In this document: positions 60,343-64,000 of the stretch, piece after piece
Numbering within the stretch: the stretch's first letter is position 1
Layout of the letters: each line of letters starts with the position of its first letter
Assembly (NCBI GenBank): GCA_964398195.1
Contig: CAYNLW010000003.1
Coordinates: 4,020 to 68,019, forward strand
Length of the DNA stretch: 64,000 bases
Direction of reading: 5' to 3'
Source of the DNA: an uncultured Methylophilaceae bacterium
Lineage (GTDB): Bacteria; Pseudomonadota; Gammaproteobacteria; Burkholderiales; Methylophilaceae
Program-made: the position numbers and the translations under genes
The notes under the pieces: model-generated
Database searches by the model: none
Told to the model about the DNA's origin: nothing
Seen by the model: the letters and a program-made list of their open reading frames with translations, nothing else

Positions 60343-60984
60343 TTAAGGATCTATCAAGCCGCAGCGCATAGCAATCAGCGCTAGCTCAGCCGAATTATTG
60401 GCGTCTAATTTCTGTTTGATATTGTATAAATGGGTGCCCACCGTGCGTGGCGACAGGCTGAGCGTATCGGCAATTTCATTGGTGGTCTTGCCTTTAGCCA
60501 AGGCGATAAACACTTCAAATTCGCGGTCGGATAACACATCAACCGGATTTTGCTCGCCGTTTAATTGCTGTATCGCCATCTGCTGCGCGATATTGGCTTC
60601 AAGATACATTTTTCTGCCGGCTACCGTGCGTATGGCTTTAATTAATTCCTCAGCCGCACTGCGCTTGGTTAAATAGCCCATCGCACCGGCGGAAAGTACT
60701 CGCTTGGGGTGCACGGAATCTTCGTGGGCAGACAAAATCAGGATTTTGGCATGATGGTCTTTGGCCATAATTCTATCGGTCGCCTCCATGCCGCCTATGC
60801 CAGGCATGGTGATATCCATCACCACCACATCAGGCTTGTGTTCCATATAAAACTTGATGGCTTGCTCGCCACTTTCCGCTTCCGCCACCACTTTGATATC
60901 GGAGGCAGACTCTAGCAACATCTTAAAACCCATACGCACTACCGCATGGTCGTCAACGAGCATCACTTTGATTGGTTCACTCAT
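60343..60984 (-). CDS. NarL/FixJ-family response regulator (receiver plus LuxR-type HTH)
   Basis: Receiver VMLVDDH...DVVVMDITMPG, and HTH LSDREFEVFIALAKGKTTNEIADTLSLSPRTVGTHLYNIKQKL. The start overlaps the kinase stop (ATGA). Confidence 0.9.
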   Translation of the reverse strand: MSEPIKVMLVDDHAVVRMGFKMLLESASDIKVVAEAESGEQAIKFYMEHKPDVVVMDITMPGIGGMEATDRIMAKDHHAKILILSAHEDSVHPKRVLSAGAMGYLTKRSAAEELIKAIRTVAGRKMYLEANIAQQMAIQQLNGEQNPVDVLSDREFEVFIALAKGKTTNEIADTLSLSPRTVGTHLYNIKQKLDANNSAELALIAMRCGLIDP

Positions 60985-62315
60985 GCTTTATCCTCTGGAA
61001 TCAGTATTGAAATTTTTGTCCCGCCGGCAGGTTTAGAATCGACTTTAAACTCGCCACGCAGCGCCTGTACTCGTTCACGCATGCCCAACAGCCCAAAATG
61101 CTGGCTCTGATCAACATCGGCGGCATTCATGCCTATGCCATCATCATGGATAGCCACTTTTATGCCGCGCCCAGCCTGGCGGCTGAGCTTGATATTGATG
61201 TGTTTGGCTTGCGCATGCTTGACCGTATTATTAACCGCTTCTTGCACGATTCGATACACATTGATGTTAATGGTTTCACCCAAATCATTTAAATCGCCAG
61301 ACAAGCTTAAATCAAATTGCAAATCTGGGAATTGCTTTTGCCAGTTGCTGACCACATCGCGCAAGGTCTCAGACAAGCCCAAATTATCCAAAGAACCTGG
61401 GCGCAGGGTGCGAATAATATTGTGCATGCCGTCGTAGATATGATTCGCCGCAGAAACGATGGTTTGCGCGTTGGCGCTAATATCCGGTTGTTGCTGCTCG
61501 GTTTTTTTGGCTATGCCGACGGCAAAGGTCTTAATCGCCGTGACATATTGGCCCAGCTCATCATGCAGCTCACGCGCCAAACTGCGCCGTTCGTCTTCAA
61601 TATGCGTTTGTATCAATTGCGTAAGCTGGCGATTTTCTTCCAGCTGGCGTTCAGCGCCCAAAGACTCCGCCATGCGATTTAAGCTGTGCGCAATATGATC
61701 AAATTCAGGCAATTTCAGACTGCCTAAACGCACGGTTAAATCTCCGCCTTCAATGGCGCGGATGGCCGATAAAATCTGCTTCACCGGACGCAAGGATATA
61801 CTTAAAACCAAATAAACCAACACATTTAATAATATAAAAAAGCCTATGCCCAACCACATAAACTGCCTAACCCCGCGCCAAGCATCGCGTATCGAGCCTT
61901 CCGCACTAGATTCCACCAGCAAAATACCATAGCGTATGCGCCGTTCTACCCGCTCTTGTTTGGGTTGTACCATATTGACGAACCACTCAGGCGGACGAAT
62001 CTCGGAGCGATAGGTAGAGCGTGGCGACTCATACAGCACCTTGCCATATAGGTCATACAGCACGATATGGTTGCTTCTGACATAGCCCAGCGAGCGCAAA
62101 AATTGGCTTAATACATCGCTAGTAGTGCCCAAGCTGGGGTTCATAGTGGAGCTGATAATCACCGTATCTAATAATTGCACCGTGACCCGCGTGGCGGCCT
62201 CGACCCGCTCTTGTATCGAGGTTTTGGCGTCTTGCACAATCACCACACCCGACGCCAGCATAAACAAAATAGAGATCGTGGTAATCAGTAAATTTAAGCG
62301 TAAGCGCAGACTCAT
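60981..62315 (-). CDS. Sensor histidine kinase, NarX/HisKA_3 class, with a ~150-aa periplasmic domain and HAMP
   Basis: Two TM segments flank a periplasmic domain. A HAMP-like LRPVKQILSAIRAIEGGDLTVRL follows, then H-box LARELHDELGQY and the ATPase motif HDDGIGM. Start at ATG 62315, forming an ATGA overlap with the crcB stop. The longer ORF to 62408 would overlap crcB by 97 nt. Confidence 0.85.
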   Translation of the reverse strand: MSLRLRLNLLITTISILFMLASGVVIVQDAKTSIQERVEAATRVTVQLLDTVIISSTMNPSLGTTSDVLSQFLRSLGYVRSNHIVLYDLYGKVLYESPRSTYRSEIRPPEWFVNMVQPKQERVERRIRYGILLVESSAEGSIRDAWRGVRQFMWLGIGFFILLNVLVYLVLSISLRPVKQILSAIRAIEGGDLTVRLGSLKLPEFDHIAHSLNRMAESLGAERQLEENRQLTQLIQTHIEDERRSLARELHDELGQYVTAIKTFAVGIAKKTEQQQPDISANAQTIVSAANHIYDGMHNIIRTLRPGSLDNLGLSETLRDVVSNWQKQFPDLQFDLSLSGDLNDLGETININVYRIVQEAVNNTVKHAQAKHINIKLSRQAGRGIKVAIHDDGIGMNAADVDQSQHFGLLGMRERVQALRGEFKVDSKPAGGTKISILIPEDKA

Positions 62316-62695
62316 ACGGATAGAAAACACTTTCTTAACAAATAAAAACCCAGCGCCGTCATCAACAGCGCGCCCACTACATGGGCTAGGCTGTGCAACA
62401 AAGCCCAAGCGTATTGTTGACGCATGATTAAGCCAAAAGATTCAGCGCTATAAGCAGAAAAAGTGGTCAGCCCGCCTAGTAAACCGGTGCCCAATAACAG
62501 CTTTAAGCTGTCTGACAAGTCGCTACGCAACTGCATCCACGCCAATAACATGCCCATCAAAAATGCCCCCAGCAAATTGGCCAACAAGGTGCCAAAGGCA
62601 ATCTGCTCGTGCCAGCGATTCGCCAGCAACGACAAGCCCCAGCGCAACCACGCGCCTAACGCTGCCCCTACGCCGACCGCCAACCAGTGTTGCAT
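62312..62695 (-). CDS. crcB: Fluoride ion channel CrcB/Fluc
   Basis: 127 aa with four TM segments and the conserved GGLTTFSAYSAE motif. Confidence 0.9.
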   Translation of the reverse strand: MQHWLAVGVGAALGAWLRWGLSLLANRWHEQIAFGTLLANLLGAFLMGMLLAWMQLRSDLSDSLKLLLGTGLLGGLTTFSAYSAESFGLIMRQQYAWALLHSLAHVVGALLMTALGFYLLRKCFLSV

Positions 62696-62821
62696 GCTAA
62701 TCCCCCTGAGTCCTTTGTTTGCTATTGCTGATCTAGCAATGGCTGAAAGCCCTTGCCTTGATTTGAAATTGGCCTGTCAGTATGATGGAGTGCTGTTTTT
62801 GATTCAATAGAAAGATAACGA

Positions 62822-64000
62822 GTGCGCATATTATTCGCCACCTCCGAGGCACACCCGCTGATAAAAACTGGAGGTCTCGCCGACGTTAGCGGCGCCTTAC
62901 CAGCGGCACTCAACAGCCTAGGTCATCAAGTCACCATTCTTATTCCCGCCTATCCCGCTGTGCTGGAGCAGTTGCAGCAAGCGCGCCATTTGGCAGATTT
63001 GCAATTCCTGCCACTGGTTGGCACGGTGGCCTTATGGCAGGGACAAATGCCGGATAGCGGCGTGACCGTGTGGGCCTTACAACATGACGCTTTATTCAAC
63101 CGCAGTGGCAATCCCTATGTGGATAGTCATGGCTTGGATTGGCAGGATAATCCCTTGCGCTTTGCCACCTTGGCACATGTCGCCGCCATCTTGGCTTGCG
63201 ATGACAGCCCGCTTAAACAGCGCTTTGATATCGTGCATTGCAATGATTGGCAAACCGGCTTAACCCCCGCCTATCTGCACTTTAAGCGCATTCAACGCGG
63301 CGAGCTAGCCACGGCAAAATCCTTGATGTCTATTCATAACTTGGCCTTCCAAGGCAATTATTCCATACAGTGGGTCACCCAATTGGGTCTGCCCAAACAA
63401 GCTCTGCATATCAATGGGGTAGAGTTTTACGGTCAGTTTTCTTTCCTTAAAGCTGGGCTGTTTTATGCCGACAAGCTGGCCACCGTGAGCCCAACTTATG
63501 CGCAAGAAATTCAAACTGAGCGCTTTGGCTTTGGCATGCAAGGCTTGTTGCAAAGCCGGCAAAAAGACTTGATAGGCATTTTAAATGGGCTAGATACGCA
63601 GGCTTGGGATCCGGCCAATGACGCCTATCTTGGCTCTAGTTATCAGGCGCAAGATTTATCTGGCAAAAGCAAAATTAAAGCGCAATTGCAGCAAAGCATG
63701 GGGCTGGCGCCACAAGCAGATACCCCCTTGCTAGGCGTGGTCAGCCGACTAACGCATCAAAAAGGTTTGGATATGTTGCTGCAAATTGCTGATCAGTTGC
63801 TGACTGAACAAGCGGTGCAACTAGTGATCTTGGGTTCAGGCGAAGCCAGCATGGAACAAGGCTTTCAGGACTTAGCAGCGCGCTATCCGCAACAAGTGGC
63901 TTGCCAGATTGGCTTTGACGAAGGCTTATCGCATCGCATTATGGCTGGCGCTGACTTGTTTATTATGCCTTCGCGCTTCGAGCCCTGCGGGCTGAATCAG
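62822..64000 (+). CDS. glgA: Glycogen synthase (ADP-glucose type, GT5); 3' end cut by window edge
   Basis: This is not in the ORF track because no stop is reached. My own translation from GTG 62822 gives VRILFATSEAHPLIKTGGLADVSGALP..., HCNDWQTGL, SIHNLAFQG, VSPTYAQEI, GILNGLDTQAWDP, VSRLTHQKG and MPSRFEPCGLNQ. An in-frame TAA lies at 62816. Confidence 0.9.
   Translation, partial: MRILFATSEAHPLIKTGGLADVSGALPAALNSLGHQVTILIPAYPAVLEQLQQARHLADLQFLPLVGTVALWQGQMPDSGVTVWALQHDALFNRSGNPYVDSHGLDWQDNPLRFATLAHVAAILACDDSPLKQRFDIVHCNDWQTGLTPAYLHFKRIQRGELATAKSLMSIHNLAFQGNYSIQWVTQLGLPKQALHINGVEFYGQFSFLKAGLFYADKLATVSPTYAQEIQTERFGFGMQGLLQSRQKDLIGILNGLDTQAWDPANDAYLGSSYQAQDLSGKSKIKAQLQQSMGLAPQADTPLLGVVSRLTHQKGLDMLLQIADQLLTEQAVQLVILGSGEASMEQGFQDLAARYPQQVACQIGFDEGLSHRIMAGADLFIMPSRFEPCGLNQ

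Noticed and set aside
62696-62900. Expected fluoride riboswitch upstream of crcB
   Set aside because: I read the minus strand and could not find the conserved GGCGAUGG / AAACCGC / UGAUGAnnCCUAC-like segments. The absence is judged by eye only, so it is kept as a finding to be tested with a covariance model.
63305-63562. 85-aa minus-strand ORF
   Set aside because: It is antisense to the clearly coding glgA frame.

Overview
The window looks like a mostly housekeeping chromosomal segment of a Gram-negative bacterium. Gene order and protein motifs suggest a beta- or gammaproteobacterium, possibly a methylotroph-like betaproteobacterium, but that is a low-confidence inference and was not searched. 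I can support about 58 protein-coding genes, one tRNA-Asn(GTT), several intrinsic terminators and several short intergenic tandem-repeat arrays. I see no rRNA, transposase, integrase, prophage or CRISPR array.

Gene content from left to right:
- Two tandem membrane-bound GH17 genes, the second a GH17-GT2 fusion, resembling the NdvC/NdvB type of beta-1,3-glucan synthesis.
- A glycogen/alpha-glucan cluster directly after them: ROK glucokinase, malQ, a GH57 enzyme, glgC, then divergently glgB and pgi.
- sppA, a small Rieske protein, a HAD phosphatase, rluC, and divergent rne with a long structured leader.
- uvrB, a trypsin-like protease with TPR repeats, an aspartate aminotransferase, tRNA-Asn, psiE, a split YeeE/YedE pair and hpt.
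- A tightly packed minus-strand string: sugar transferase, rfbCADB, galE, hslR, ugd, moaED and rmuC.
- A dienelactone hydrolase.
- A long conserved block: metZ-purF-cvpA-dedD-like-folC-accD-trpABF-truA-(EcfT/CbiQ-like membrane protein)-fimV-asd-leuBDC.
- yajQ, ppnP, argG, argF, argD.
- A Rieske oxygenase and an EamA transporter.
- A translationally coupled crcB-histidine kinase-response regulator unit.
- A 3'-truncated glgA at the right edge.

I did not find a clear-cut new multi-gene system. The points most worth a second look are:
- the 516-bp repeat-rich gap at 57658-58173, which carries an orphan intrinsic terminator pointing at argD;
- a recurring class of 13-16 bp intergenic tandem repeats;
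- the crcB-two-component operon, which has no recognisable fluoride riboswitch;
- the GH17 / GH17-GT2 pair joined to the glycogen genes;
- an orphan EcfT-like gene inserted at the fimV-truA junction.

All functional calls rest on motifs read in the supplied translations. No database search was run.
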